From an uncultured Actinomycetota bacterium (lineage in GTDB: Bacteria; Actinomycetota; Actinomycetes; Streptosporangiales; Streptosporangiaceae), in assembly GCA_963842355.1 (NCBI GenBank), contig CAWJGC010000006.1, positions 54,072-118,071 on the forward strand: a DNA stretch of 64,000 bases, in the 5' to 3' direction. Below, piece by piece: positions 49,902-59,934 of this stretch; the stretch's first letter is position 1, and each line of letters opens with the position of its first letter. Below the pieces are notes generated by a model. That model made no database searches. It worked only from the letters and a program-made list of their open reading frames with translations, and was not told the DNA's origin. A program made the position numbers and the translations under genes.

Positions 49902-50861
49902 TCAGGCCGGTCGCGGCGCTGCCTGGCTGAGGCTCGCGGCCGCCGGCGGTGGCGAGGCGGGCGCCGGGACCGACGCCGCGGGCACCGCCTGAACCGGCAC
50001 CGACGCTGCGGGAGCCGGCGGGGCGGGCGCCGGGACGGCCGGGGGCCGTGCGGCGCGCCTGGACTCCGAGCCCCGACGGCTGGGCTCCTCGCCCCGTCCG
50101 GGCCCGTCGGCCCGCCCGGCCAGGCCGGACCTCTCGGCCAGGCCGGACCTCTCGGCCAGGCCGGACCTCTCGGCCAGGCCGGACCTCTCGGCCGGGCTCT
50201 CGGACCTGCTCGGCCAGGCTGGATCTCGGCCGGTTGATGTGCCAGCTCGCAGCGCCTTTTCGGCCGGCGCCAGCGTCTTCTCGACCGGCGGCAGGGGGCG
50301 GACCATGCCGAGCGCCACCACCTCGTTGGCCAGCCGGACCCGGCGGTTCGCGCCCTCAGGAATCCGGAACTTCTGGTACAGCCGGAGCAGATGCTGCTTG
50401 ACCGCGGCCTCGGTTACGACCAGGTCGGCGGCGATCTCGCGCGCGGTCGCGGGCGCGACGAACGCCTCGTCGGACAGGGCCTGGCACAGCGAGGTCACCA
50501 CGTCAAGCTCCCGGCGGGTCAACTCGGGCGCCGCCGGACGCCGCAATTCAATCTCGGCGGTGAACTCCTCCGCCACGATGCCGAACACCCGGCAGCGGGC
50601 CGACCCGAAGGTCAGGACGTCACCCTCCTCGAGGACCCGTCGCGCCACCAGGCGGCCGTTCACCCGGGTGCCGTTGCGCGATAACCCGAGATCGGTCACG
50701 TAGGCGTACGGCCCGCGGCGGACGATCTCGGCGTGCAGCCTGGATACGCTCGGATCAGCCAGGCGGACGTCGACCGACCTGCCGCGTCCGATGGTGGTCA
50801 CATCCTCCCGCAGCGCCATCATGAGCCCGCTGTCTTCGATCCGGATGTAAGGGCCATCCAT
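49902..50861 (-). CDS. FHA domain + LuxR/GerE-type HTH regulator with repeat-rich tail
   Basis: FHA: TTIGRGRSVDVRLADPSVSRLHAEI...NGTRVNG. HTH: LTRRELDVVTSL...TAREIAADLVVTEAAVKQHLLRLYQKF. Confidence 0.8.
   Translation of the reverse strand: MDGPYIRIEDSGLMMALREDVTTIGRGRSVDVRLADPSVSRLHAEIVRRGPYAYVTDLGLSRNGTRVNGRLVARRVLEEGDVLTFGSARCRVFGIVAEEFTAEIELRRPAAPELTRRELDVVTSLCQALSDEAFVAPATAREIAADLVVTEAAVKQHLLRLYQKFRIPEGANRRVRLANEVVALGMVRPLPPVEKTLAPAEKALRAGTSTGRDPAWPSRSESPAERSGLAERSGLAERSGLAERSGLAGRADGPGRGEEPSRRGSESRRAARPPAVPAPAPPAPAASVPVQAVPAASVPAPASPPPAAASLSQAAPRPA
50118..50189. repeat. 4 perfect 18-bp units inside the FHA-LuxR gene
   Basis: GGCCAGGCCGGACCTCTC x4, translating to ERSGLA x4 on the minus strand. 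Confidence 0.9.
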
Positions 50862-51117
50862 GCGCTGTCCCTCCCTGCCTGCCGGAGCAGCTACTGATAT
50901 CTCACTGTCCAGCTACCCTCCTCGGCGGCGGTTGTACCGTGTCCGGCCCAACGATTGTCTCGGCCAGCGCCAGCGTGTGGCTTGCGTCGGCCGCGGCGGG
51001 TCGGCGTGATCCGGCCTGTTCCGGCCGGCCCTGGCCGGCGCAACCGGGGACGCCGCGGGCAAAGGCGCAGAACATGCGCAAGTACACTGCCGAGCGAGCT
51101 GTCCGAGAGGAAAACAT

Positions 51118-52269
51118 ATGCCGGGAAAGCCCTCCAAGGGACTGGCCGATGTCGTCGCTGCGTCGACAGCACTCAGTGACATAGACAGCCAGGCCGGCCG
51201 CCTGTTCTACCGCGGCTACGACATTAACCAGCTCGCGGACTCCGCGACGTTCGAGGAGATCGCCTACCTGCTGCAGCGCGGGAGGCCGCCGAGCCGGGCC
51301 GAACTGGACGGCTACCGTGCCGAGATCGAGGCCGCCCGCACGCTCGGCAAGCTGGTCGTCGGCAGCCTGGCCGAGGTGGCCCGCGGCCAGGAGCCGATGG
51401 AGGCGCTGCGCAGCCTGGTCTCGCTGGCCAGCGCCGATGACCCGGACAAGGACTCCAACGAGCCCGGGCCGAACGTCCGCAAGGCCGCCAGGCTGACCGC
51501 GCAGCAGCCGGTCCTGGTGGCGGCCTACGAGTCCGCGCGCCGGGGCCGCCCGGCCGGCGATCCGGATCCCGGGCTCGGGCTGGCGGCCAACTTCCTGCTC
51601 CAGATCACCGGCGCGAGGCCGTCGGAACGGGACGCCAGGTTCTTCGACACATGCCTGGTGCTGCACGCCGACCACACCATGAACGCTTCCACGTTCGCGG
51701 CCCGGGTGTGCGCCGCGACCCTGTCGGACATGCACTCGGCCGTGGTCGCCGCGCTCGGCACGCTCAAGGGCCCGCTGCACGGCGGGGCCAACGAGCAGGT
51801 CATGCGCGGGCTCGAGGCGACCAGGCGGGATGCGCAGGCGCAGGGGGCTGATCCGGTCGAGGCAGTGGCCGCCCGGACCGCGGCCCGCCTGCAGGCGGGC
51901 GAGAAGATCATGGGCTTCGGGCACCGCGTGTACCGGGTGGAGGACCCCCGCGCCCGCTACCTGAGGCAGATGTCGGCCGAACTGGCCGCGGCCTCCGGCG
52001 ACGACACCTACTACCGGATGTCCCGCCGGATGGAGGAGGTCGTACTGGCCGAGAAGGGCCTCTACCCGAACGTCGACTTCTTCGCCGCCACCGTCTATCA
52101 CTACCTTCGCATCCCCACCGACCTGTTCACGCCCGTGTTCTCGGTGAGCCGGATGGTCGGCTGGACGGCGCACATCATGGAGCAGTACGCCGACAACAGG
52201 CTGATCAGGCCGGACAGCGAGTACATCGGCGAGAGCGGGCTGACCTGGATTCCGCTCGATGAACGATGA
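51118..52269 (+). CDS. citrate synthase (383-aa type, CitA-like)
   Basis: GFGHRVYRVEDPRA and LHADHTMNAST motifs. Confidence 0.9.
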   Translation: MPGKPSKGLADVVAASTALSDIDSQAGRLFYRGYDINQLADSATFEEIAYLLQRGRPPSRAELDGYRAEIEAARTLGKLVVGSLAEVARGQEPMEALRSLVSLASADDPDKDSNEPGPNVRKAARLTAQQPVLVAAYESARRGRPAGDPDPGLGLAANFLLQITGARPSERDARFFDTCLVLHADHTMNASTFAARVCAATLSDMHSAVVAALGTLKGPLHGGANEQVMRGLEATRRDAQAQGADPVEAVAARTAARLQAGEKIMGFGHRVYRVEDPRARYLRQMSAELAAASGDDTYYRMSRRMEEVVLAEKGLYPNVDFFAATVYHYLRIPTDLFTPVFSVSRMVGWTAHIMEQYADNRLIRPDSEYIGESGLTWIPLDER

Positions 52270-52634
52270 GGCACTCCGCGCCGTCGCGGCGCAGGCGGCG
52301 CCGGGAACCGGCCCGGTCGCGTCCGGACGGCCCGGCCCGGTCGCGCCGGGGCGGCGCGTCCGGACGCGGGCGATGGCAGCGGCAGGTTCCCTACGGGATC
52401 GTGATCTGCGGCGTGGCACTCGCGCTGGTGTGGATGGCGCAGGGCGGACAGAATGTCCGGGGGGGTACGTTGGCGGTAGCCGGGATCCTGCTCGCCGCCG
52501 CCCTGGTCAGGCTGGTCCTGCCGGAGCGCCGGGCGGGCATGCTCGCATCGAGGCGCCGACTGGCGGACGTGGCGGCGCTGGCCGCCCTCGGTATCGGCCT
52601 GCTCGTCGCCGGACTGGTGCTGCCCGCGCAGTGA
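52266..52634 (+). CDS. DUF3017-like small membrane protein
   Basis: ATGA overlap with the citrate synthase stop. Arg-rich N-terminus followed by three hydrophobic helices. Confidence 0.6.
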   Translation: MRHSAPSRRRRRREPARSRPDGPARSRRGGASGRGRWQRQVPYGIVICGVALALVWMAQGGQNVRGGTLAVAGILLAAALVRLVLPERRAGMLASRRRLADVAALAALGIGLLVAGLVLPAQ

Positions 52635-52782
52635 TCGCCCCGGGCCCGGGTGCGTTCCGGCCCGGGGCTACGGGAGGTAGCCTCGCGTCCGGCGAGCCGG
52701 CCGGGCCGGTGCCGCCAAAAGCAGTGCGGCCACGAACAGCGGTGCAGCAACGGCGCTGGCACGATGAAGGGAAAGTAGCGGC

Positions 52783-54057
52783 ATGTCCAAGATCAAGGTA
52801 ATGAATCCCGTGGTCGAGCTCGATGGCGACGAGATGACCCGGATCATCTGGCACTTCATCAGGGAACAGCTGATCCTGCCCTACCTGGATATCAATCTCG
52901 ACTACTACGACCTGTCCATCCAGAACCGGGACGCCACCGACGACCAGGTGACCATCGACGCGGCTAACGCCATCAAGCGGCACGGGGTGGGGGTCAAGTG
53001 CGCCACGATCACGCCGGACGAGGACCGGGTCGCCGAGTTCGGGCTGAAGCGGATGTGGCGCTCGCCCAACGGCACGATCCGCAACATCCTCGGCGGGGTG
53101 GTCTTCCGCGAGCCCATCGTGGTCTCGAGCATCCCCCGGTTCGTGCCCGGCTGGACCAAGCCGATCATCATCGGCCGCCACGCGCACGGTGACCAGTACC
53201 GGGCCACCGACTTCGTGGTCCCCGGCCCCGGCACCGTGAAGATCTCCTACCAGCCCGACCCCGGGACCGCCGCCGAGCCCATCGAACTCGAGGTGGCCCG
53301 CTTCGCGGGCGGCGGCATCGCGATGGGCATGTACAACTTCGATGACTCGATCCGGGACTTCGCCCGCGCCACTATGCGCTACGCGCTGGACCGGGGCTAC
53401 CCGCTCCACCTGTCCACCAAGAACACGATCCTGAAGGCCTACGACGGGCGGTTCAAGGACATCTTCGCCGAGACCTTCGAGTCCGAGTTCAAGTCCGACT
53501 TCGAGGCCGCCGGGATCACCTACGACCACCGGCTGATCGACGATATGGTCGCCCAGGTCATCAAGGGCGACGGCGGTATCGTCTGGGCGTGCAAGAACTA
53601 CGACGGCGATGTGGAGTCCGACATCGTGGCCCAGGGGTTCGGCTCGCTCGGGCTGATGACCAGCGTGCTGATGACGCCGGACGGCTCCACCGTCGAGGCC
53701 GAGGCCGCGCACGGTACCGTGACCCGGCACTACCGCCAGTACCAGCAGGGCAAGCCGACCTCGACCAACCCGATCGCCTCGATCTTCGCCTGGACCCGGG
53801 GACTGGCCCACCGCGGCAAGCTGGACAACACGCCCGAGGTCATCGCGTTCGCGGAACTGCTCGAGCGGGTCTGCGTCGAGACCGTGGTCAGCGGGAAGAT
53901 GACCAAGGACCTGGCCCTGCTGGTTGGTCCGGGGACGCCGTTCCTGACCACCCAGGAGTTCCTGGGCACGCTGGACGAGAACCTGCGCGCGGCCCAGGCC
54001 GGTCGTAGCCGGGGCCCTGATCATCCTCCCCACCACCACCCGGAGAGAGCAGGAGAC
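52783..54057 (+). CDS. icd: NADP-dependent isocitrate dehydrogenase (homodimeric ~405-aa type), no in-frame stop, reads through into mdh
   Basis: [12 protein letters not shown] and [10 protein letters not shown] motifs. Family-length sequence ends near ...[11 protein letters not shown] (~54000). The ORF continues to 55014. Confidence 0.85.
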
Positions 54058-55014
54058 ATGACCCGCACAGGCAAGGTGACCGTCGTCGGGGCCGGGTTCT
54101 ACGGCTCCACCACCGCGCAGCGGCTGGCCGAGTACGACATCTTCGACGAGGTCGTGCTGACCGACGTCGTGGAGGGCAAGCCCGAGGGGCTCGCCCTCGA
54201 CATGAACGAGTCGCGCCCGGTCGAGGGGTTCGAGACGAAGGTCACCGGGCAGACCACCGGCGCGGCCGGCGAGGGCTACGAGGTGATCGGCGGGTCGGAG
54301 ATCGTGATGATCACCGCGGGCCTGCCGCGCAAGCCGGGGATGAGCCGAATGGACCTGATCGGGGTCAACGCGAAGATCGTGCGCAGCGTGACCGAGCAGG
54401 TCGTCAAGCACGCGCCCGACGCCGTGCTGATCGTGGTGTCCAACCCGCTGGACGAGATGACCGCGCTCGCGGCGAAGGTCTCCGGGTTCCCCGCACACCG
54501 GGTGATGGGCCAGGCGGGCATGCTGGACACCGCCAGGTTCAGCTACTTCGTGGCCGAGCGCCTCGGCGTGCGGGTCGGGTCGGTGCGCACGCTCACGCTC
54601 GGCTCGCACGGGGACACCATGGTGCCGGTCCCGTCCGCGTGCACGGTCGACGGCCTGCCGCTGGCGGACCTGCTGTCCGCGGAGGACATCGAGGCGCTGG
54701 TGCAGCGGACCCGCGAAGGCGGCGCCGAGATCGTCGGCCTGCTGAAGACCGGGTCGGCCTACTACGCGCCGTCGGCCGCCGCGGCCAGGATGGCCCGGGC
54801 GGTGGCCGAGGACTCCGGCGCGATCATGCCGGTCTGCGCCTGGGTGGACGGCGAATACGGCATCTCCGGCGTCTACCTGGGCGTGGAGGCCGAGATCGGC
54901 CGGGTCGGCGTGCGCAGGATCGTCGAACGGGACCTGACCGAGGACGAGCTCGCCGCCCTCCGGGTGGCCGCGGAGGCGGTCCGGGCCAAGCAGGCCGACG
55001 TCGCCAGCCTCTGA
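54058..55014 (+). CDS. mdh: malate dehydrogenase (LDH-like type)
   Basis: Own GGAGA SD and ATG 54058. [30 protein letters not shown] and [10 protein letters not shown] motifs. Confidence 0.9.
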   Translation: MTRTGKVTVVGAGFYGSTTAQRLAEYDIFDEVVLTDVVEGKPEGLALDMNESRPVEGFETKVTGQTTGAAGEGYEVIGGSEIVMITAGLPRKPGMSRMDLIGVNAKIVRSVTEQVVKHAPDAVLIVVSNPLDEMTALAAKVSGFPAHRVMGQAGMLDTARFSYFVAERLGVRVGSVRTLTLGSHGDTMVPVPSACTVDGLPLADLLSAEDIEALVQRTREGGAEIVGLLKTGSAYYAPSAAAARMARAVAEDSGAIMPVCAWVDGEYGISGVYLGVEAEIGRVGVRRIVERDLTEDELAALRVAAEAVRAKQADVASL

Positions 55015-55081
55015 CGTCGCCAGCCTCTCACATCGCCGGATCTGCTCCGCGGCGGGGCTCGGAGGGCGGGTCGTCCCCGGA

Positions 55082-55135
55082 GCCGGTGATGAATGTGGCG
55101 ATGCTGCACTGGGGTGTGCACCAGACTCACATTCA
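55082..55135 (+). repeat. dispersed nested-hairpin element, copy B
   Basis: Outer stem ATGAATGTG/CACATTCAT (9 bp) and inner stem TGCAC/GTGCA. 43/54 nt identical to copy A. Starts 68 nt after the mdh stop. Confidence 0.6.
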
Positions 55136-55138
55136 TCC

Positions 55139-55253
55139 GGCCGAAGCGGCGCGGGGCGGCGGGGGCCGGGCCGAAGCGGCGCGGGGCGGCGGGGGCCGGG
55201 CCGAAGCGGCGCGGGGCGGCGGGGGCCGGGCCGAAGCGGCGCGGGGCGGCGGG
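55139..55253. repeat. G-rich 30-bp minisatellite, 3 perfect units plus 1 partial
   Basis: CCGAAGCGGCGCGGGGCGGCGGGGGCCGGG. Intergenic, between convergent mdh and the M20D gene. Confidence 0.9.
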
Positions 55254-55272
55254 AAGGACGCCGCCAGCCGGG

Positions 55273-56517
55273 TCAGCCGGCTGCCAGGCGGCGCTGCGCC
55301 AGTTCGGCCAGCTGGGTCAGCCGGGCTGCCAGGCGGCGCTGCGCCAGCTCGGCCAGCAGCGTCGTGCCGTCGGGGAGCACCGCGTCGTCGAACACCGCCT
55401 CGGCCGAGTGGTTGAACGGGGCCGTGTCCGGATCGGCGTCCGGCGGGCACGCGCCCAGCATGATGAACGCGCCCGGCACCTGCTCGAGGACGTAGGAGAA
55501 GTCCTCCGACCCGGTGATCGGGTCCGGGGTCCGCAGGAAGCGCTCGCCGCCGAAGATCTCGGTCACGACGTGCTCGGCGAAGTCCACCTCGCCGGGGTGG
55601 TTGACGGTCAGCGGGTACCCGTCGACGAACTCGGCGGTGGCGGACAGCCCGTGGGCCGACGCGACATCCCGCACCAGGCGGAGCGCAGCGTCCTGCACCG
55701 CGGCGCGCACTCCGGGCGAGAACGACCGCACGGTGACGGCCAGCCGGGCGTCGTCGGGGATCACGTTGCTCGCGGTGCCCGCGTGGAAGCTGCCGACTGT
55801 GATCACGACCGGGTCGAACACGTCGAAACGCCGGGTGACGAGCGTCTGCAGGGCGGTCACGATCTCGCAGGCGGCCGGGATCGGGTCGGCCGCACGGTGC
55901 GGCTGTGACCCGTGCCCGCCGCGGCCGCGCACCGTGATCTCCAGGGTGTCGGACGCGGCCATCATCGTCCCGGCGCGGGCGGTGTAGAGCCCGAGGGGCA
56001 GCAGGCTCGAGGCTACGTGCAGGCCGAACGCGGCGACCGGGCGGGATCCCGCCGCGTCGAGCACTCCTTCGGAGATCATGACCCGCGCCCCGCCCCCGCC
56101 TTCCTCGCCGGGCTGGAACATGAAGATCACATTCCCGGCGATGTCCGCCCGCCGGGAAGACAGCAGCCGCGCGGCCCCGGCCAGCATCGCGGTGTGCAGG
56201 TCGTGCCCGCAGGCGTGCATGGCCCCGTCGACCCGGGAGGCGTAGCCCAGGCCGGTCTGCTCGCCGATCGGGAGCGCGTCCATGTCGCCGCGCAGCAGCA
56301 CCGTCGGCCCCGGCCTGGCTCCCCGCAGCACCGCGGTCACCGAGCTGAGCGCCTGTCCCGTGGTGATCTCGACGGGCAGCCCGTCCAGCGCGGCCAGCAC
56401 CTTCTCCTGGGTCCTGGGCAGCGCGAACCCGATCTCAGGCTCGGAGTGGATGGCGCGGCGCAGCTCGGTGAGCTCGCCGGAGATCGCCACAGCGTCGTCA
56501 TGTACCTCGGCCAACAC
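55273..56517 (-). CDS. M20D family amidohydrolase (N-acyl-amino-acid/hippurate hydrolase-like)
   Basis: MHACGHDLH and LLRGDMDALP motifs. GTG 56517 is preceded by GGAGGGAGG. The C-terminal 15 aa are tandemly duplicated. Confidence 0.85.
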   Translation of the reverse strand: MLAEVHDDAVAISGELTELRRAIHSEPEIGFALPRTQEKVLAALDGLPVEITTGQALSSVTAVLRGARPGPTVLLRGDMDALPIGEQTGLGYASRVDGAMHACGHDLHTAMLAGAARLLSSRRADIAGNVIFMFQPGEEGGGGARVMISEGVLDAAGSRPVAAFGLHVASSLLPLGLYTARAGTMMAASDTLEITVRGRGGHGSQPHRAADPIPAACEIVTALQTLVTRRFDVFDPVVITVGSFHAGTASNVIPDDARLAVTVRSFSPGVRAAVQDAALRLVRDVASAHGLSATAEFVDGYPLTVNHPGEVDFAEHVVTEIFGGERFLRTPDPITGSEDFSYVLEQVPGAFIMLGACPPDADPDTAPFNHSAEAVFDDAVLPDGTTLLAELAQRRLAARLTQLAELAQRRLAAG

Positions 56518-56783
56518 GCGAACCTCCCTCCGCTGCAGCACCAGCCGGCGCGGCATGCCGTTTCAGGGTCCCATGAGGGTTCCCGTCCGGGAAAGATCGC
56601 TTTTGACTAGGTTCCGGTCCCGCCGGTATCCCGGCGAGGACACCGTGAGCACACGACTAACTTTTCGAAAGAGGTGCACTTAGACTGTGCGGATACCGCG
56701 CTGCGCGGTGCCCGCCGGGGTCGACAGCGCCGCCGGCCGCCGTTGCCACCGTCGGGTCGATCGCCGAGGGCAGGAGTCCATAC

Positions 56784-58100
56784 GTGAACGCCGTCGGCTG
56801 GGACGTGATCATTGTCCTGGTCATCGTGCTCATCGGCGGGTTCTTCGCGGCCGCCGAGATGGCCCTGGTGTCGCTGCGCGACGGCCAGGTGCGGACGCTC
56901 GCGAAACGGGGCAAGCGCAGCCAGCGCGCGGCCAGGCTCGCGCAGAACCCCAACCGGTTCCTGTCCGCGGTCCAGATCGGCGTCACCACGGCCACCCTGC
57001 TGTCCGGCGCGTTCGCGGCGGCCACCCTGGCCAGCGACCTGAAGGCCAACCTGGTTCACCACCTGTCGGACGGGCTCGCCTCCGCGCTCTCGATCGCGGT
57101 GGTCACGGTGGCGATCTCGTTCTTCACCCTGATCTTCGGCGAGCTCGCGCCCAAGCGGATCGCGCTGCAGCGCTCGGAGCGGGTGGCGGTGTTCGCCGCC
57201 CCCACCCTGGACCGGCTCGCGACCATCGCCACGCCCCTGGTCTGGCTGCTGTCCAAGGCCACGAACCTCGTGGTCACGGTGCTCGGCGGCGACCCGAACG
57301 TCGGCCGGGGGGTCATGACCGAGCAGGAACTCCGCGACGTGGTGATCGGGTACCAGGCGCTGAGCGCCGACCAGCGGCACATCGTGGGTGAGGTGTTCGA
57401 CGCGGGGAAGCGGCAGATCCGCGAGGTGCTGGTGCCGCGGACCGAGGTGGAGTTCCTGGCCGCGACCATGCCGGTCGCCGAGGCCGCGTCGGTCGTCCGG
57501 GCCTCGCCGCACACCCGGTTCCCGGTCTACCAGGAGTCCTACGACGACGTGATCGGCTTCGTGCACGCCAGGGACCTGTTCCGGCCGGAGGCCGAGCGCG
57601 AGTCTTTGCGGGTCGGCGAGGTCTGCCGGCCGGTGAAGTTCCTGCCGACCAGCAAGACCGTGCTGTCCGCCCTGTCGGAGATGCGACGGGAGAACGCGCA
57701 CCTGGTCATCGTGATGGACGAGTACGGCGGCACCGCGGGCATCGTGACCCTCGAGGACCTCGTCGAGGAGCTGATCGGCGAGATCCACGACGAGTACGAC
57801 GTGGACGAGGGGCAGTCCCGGCAGCTACGCGGCGGTGAGCTCGAGGTCGACGGCCTGCTGAACCTGGACGAGTTCGCCGAGCAGACCGGGGTCGAGCTGC
57901 CCGAGGGCCCGTACGAGACCGTGGCGGGCTATCTGCTGGCCGCGCTCGGCCACCTGCCCGGCGAGGGTGAGTCGGTGGAGGTCTCCGGCCGGAAGCTGGC
58001 CGTGACCCAGCTGGACGGCCGGCGCATCGCCCGGGTGCGGGTCGGCCAGGCGGGAGCCGCCGCGGACCGGCGGCAGGAACCAAGCCAGCAGGCAGATTAG
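56784..58100 (+). CDS. CNNM/CorC-HlyC family membrane protein (DUF21-CBS pair-CorC_HlyC)
   Basis: [14 protein letters not shown]21 motif, a CBS region and the C-terminal transporter-associated domain. Confidence 0.85.
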   Translation: MNAVGWDVIIVLVIVLIGGFFAAAEMALVSLRDGQVRTLAKRGKRSQRAARLAQNPNRFLSAVQIGVTTATLLSGAFAAATLASDLKANLVHHLSDGLASALSIAVVTVAISFFTLIFGELAPKRIALQRSERVAVFAAPTLDRLATIATPLVWLLSKATNLVVTVLGGDPNVGRGVMTEQELRDVVIGYQALSADQRHIVGEVFDAGKRQIREVLVPRTEVEFLAATMPVAEAASVVRASPHTRFPVYQESYDDVIGFVHARDLFRPEAERESLRVGEVCRPVKFLPTSKTVLSALSEMRRENAHLVIVMDEYGGTAGIVTLEDLVEELIGEIHDEYDVDEGQSRQLRGGELEVDGLLNLDEFAEQTGVELPEGPYETVAGYLLAALGHLPGEGESVEVSGRKLAVTQLDGRRIARVRVGQAGAAADRRQEPSQQAD

Positions 58101-58146
58101 ACTAGCGGCCTGCTGTTCCCTCCGAAGACCTCTGGAAGGCGGTCCG

Positions 58147-59826
58147 GTGCGCTCACCCGCGGGGGACGATGGTGGGGCTGAGGCGCCGGACACCGTCCTC
58201 GTCGTCGATTTCGGGGCCCAGTACGCGCAGCTGATCGCGCGCCGGGTCCGCGAGTGCCAGGTGTACTCCGAGATCGTCCCGGGCACGATGCCCGCCGCCG
58301 AGATGCTGGCGCGCCGCCCCAAGGCCGTCATCCTGTCGGGCGGCCCCGCGTCGGTGTACGCCCCGGGCGCGCCGCCCGCTCCCGAGGGGCTGCTGGCGGC
58401 CGGGATCCCCGTCCTCGGGATCTGCTACGGCTTCCAGCTCATGGTGTCGGACCTGGGCGGCACGGTGCGGCGCACCGGCGGCGGCGAGTACGGCGCGACG
58501 ACCCTGCACCTGCTCGCGCCGGGCGGCGCCCTGCTCGGCGGCCTGCCCGACGCCCAGCAGGTGTGGATGTCGCACGGTGACACCTGCGCCGCCCCGCCCC
58601 CCGGCTTCGTGGTCACGGCCACGACCGCCGGGACTCCGGTCGCCGCGGCCGAGGACGAGGCCAGGCGTCTCTACGGCGTGCAGTTCCACCCCGAGGTGCT
58701 GCACACCACCCACGGCCTGGAGATCCTGCGCCGGTTCCTGGCGGCCGCTGGCTGCCGCCCGACGTGGACCATGCGCGGGGTGATCGAGGAGCAGACCGAG
58801 CAGATCGCCGCCCAGGTCGGGCCGGGCCGCGCGATCTGCGGGCTGTCCGGCGGCGTGGACTCCGCGGTGGCCGCCGCCCTGGTCCAGCGAGCCATAGGCG
58901 CGCGGCTGAGCTGCGTGTTCGTCGACCACGGGCTGCTGCGCACCGGCGAGGCCGAGCAGGTGGAGCAGGACTTCGTCGCCGCCACCGGGGTGAACCTGAC
59001 CGTGGTGGACGCGGCCGCGGAGTTCCTGGCCGCGCTGGCCGGGGTCACCGACCCGGAGGAGAAGCGCAAGATCATCGGTCGCGAGTTCATCCGCGCGTTC
59101 GAGCAGGCCGCCCGGCAGATAGCCCAAGGTGGGGGGGTGGGCATAAGCAGAGGGGCGGGCATGAGCAGAGGGGCGGGGGGAGGCCGGGGGGCGGTCATGG
59201 GCAGCGGGACGGGTATGAGCTGCGGGCCCGGCCACCCGGCCTTCCTGGTGCAGGGAACGCTCTACCCCGACGTGGTCGAGTCGGGCGGCGGCTCGGCGAC
59301 GGCCAACATCAAGTCCCACCACAACGTCGGCGGGCTCCCCGACGACCTGGCGTTCGAGCTGGTCGAGCCGCTGCGCACGCTGTTCAAGGACGAGGTGCGC
59401 GAGGTCGGCCGCCAGCTCGGGCTGCCGCCGGGGATCGTGTGGCGGCAGCCGTTCCCCGGTCCCGGCCTGGCCATCAGGATCGTCGGCGAGGTGACCAGCG
59501 AGCGGCTCCGGATCGTCAGGGAGGCCGACGCGATCGCCCGGGCCGAGCTCTCCGCGGCCGGCCTGGACCGCGAGATCTGGCAGTGCCCGGTGGTGCTGCT
59601 CGCCGACGTCCGCTCGGTCGGCGTACAGGGCGACGGCCGCAGCTACGGCTACCCGGTCGTCCTGCGCCCGGTGACCAGCGAGGACGCGATGACCGCCGAC
59701 TGGGCCCGGCTGCCGGACCGGGTGCTGGCCGCGATCTCGACCCGGATCACCAACGAGGTCCCGGAGATCAACCGTGTCGTGCTCGACGTGACCAGCAAGC
59801 CCCCGGCCACCATCGAATGGGAATAA
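58147..59826 (+). CDS. guaA: GMP synthase (glutamine-hydrolysing) with Gly-rich insertion
   Basis: GATase [12 protein letters not shown]-PPase [11 protein letters not shown], and C-terminal PPATIEWE. Confidence 0.9.
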   Translation: MRSPAGDDGGAEAPDTVLVVDFGAQYAQLIARRVRECQVYSEIVPGTMPAAEMLARRPKAVILSGGPASVYAPGAPPAPEGLLAAGIPVLGICYGFQLMVSDLGGTVRRTGGGEYGATTLHLLAPGGALLGGLPDAQQVWMSHGDTCAAPPPGFVVTATTAGTPVAAAEDEARRLYGVQFHPEVLHTTHGLEILRRFLAAAGCRPTWTMRGVIEEQTEQIAAQVGPGRAICGLSGGVDSAVAAALVQRAIGARLSCVFVDHGLLRTGEAEQVEQDFVAATGVNLTVVDAAAEFLAALAGVTDPEEKRKIIGREFIRAFEQAARQIAQGGGVGISRGAGMSRGAGGGRGAVMGSGTGMSCGPGHPAFLVQGTLYPDVVESGGGSATANIKSHHNVGGLPDDLAFELVEPLRTLFKDEVREVGRQLGLPPGIVWRQPFPGPGLAIRIVGEVTSERLRIVREADAIARAELSAAGLDREIWQCPVVLLADVRSVGVQGDGRSYGYPVVLRPVTSEDAMTADWARLPDRVLAAISTRITNEVPEINRVVLDVTSKPPATIEWE

Positions 59827-59934
59827 GACCAGGAGCCTGAACGGGAGATCGCCGGCCCGGCCCGCCTGAGCCGGTCATACGGGGAGCGGCCCGGTCGCGT
59901 CGGTCGCTCCGGTCGCTTCGGTCCCTCCGACCGC

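Noticed and set aside
54639-55415. 258-aa plus-strand ORF running through element B and the 30-bp array
   Set aside because: It is out of frame over the 3' end of mdh and antisense to the M20D gene. Its sequence is dominated by repeat translation (AEAARGGGGR x4).
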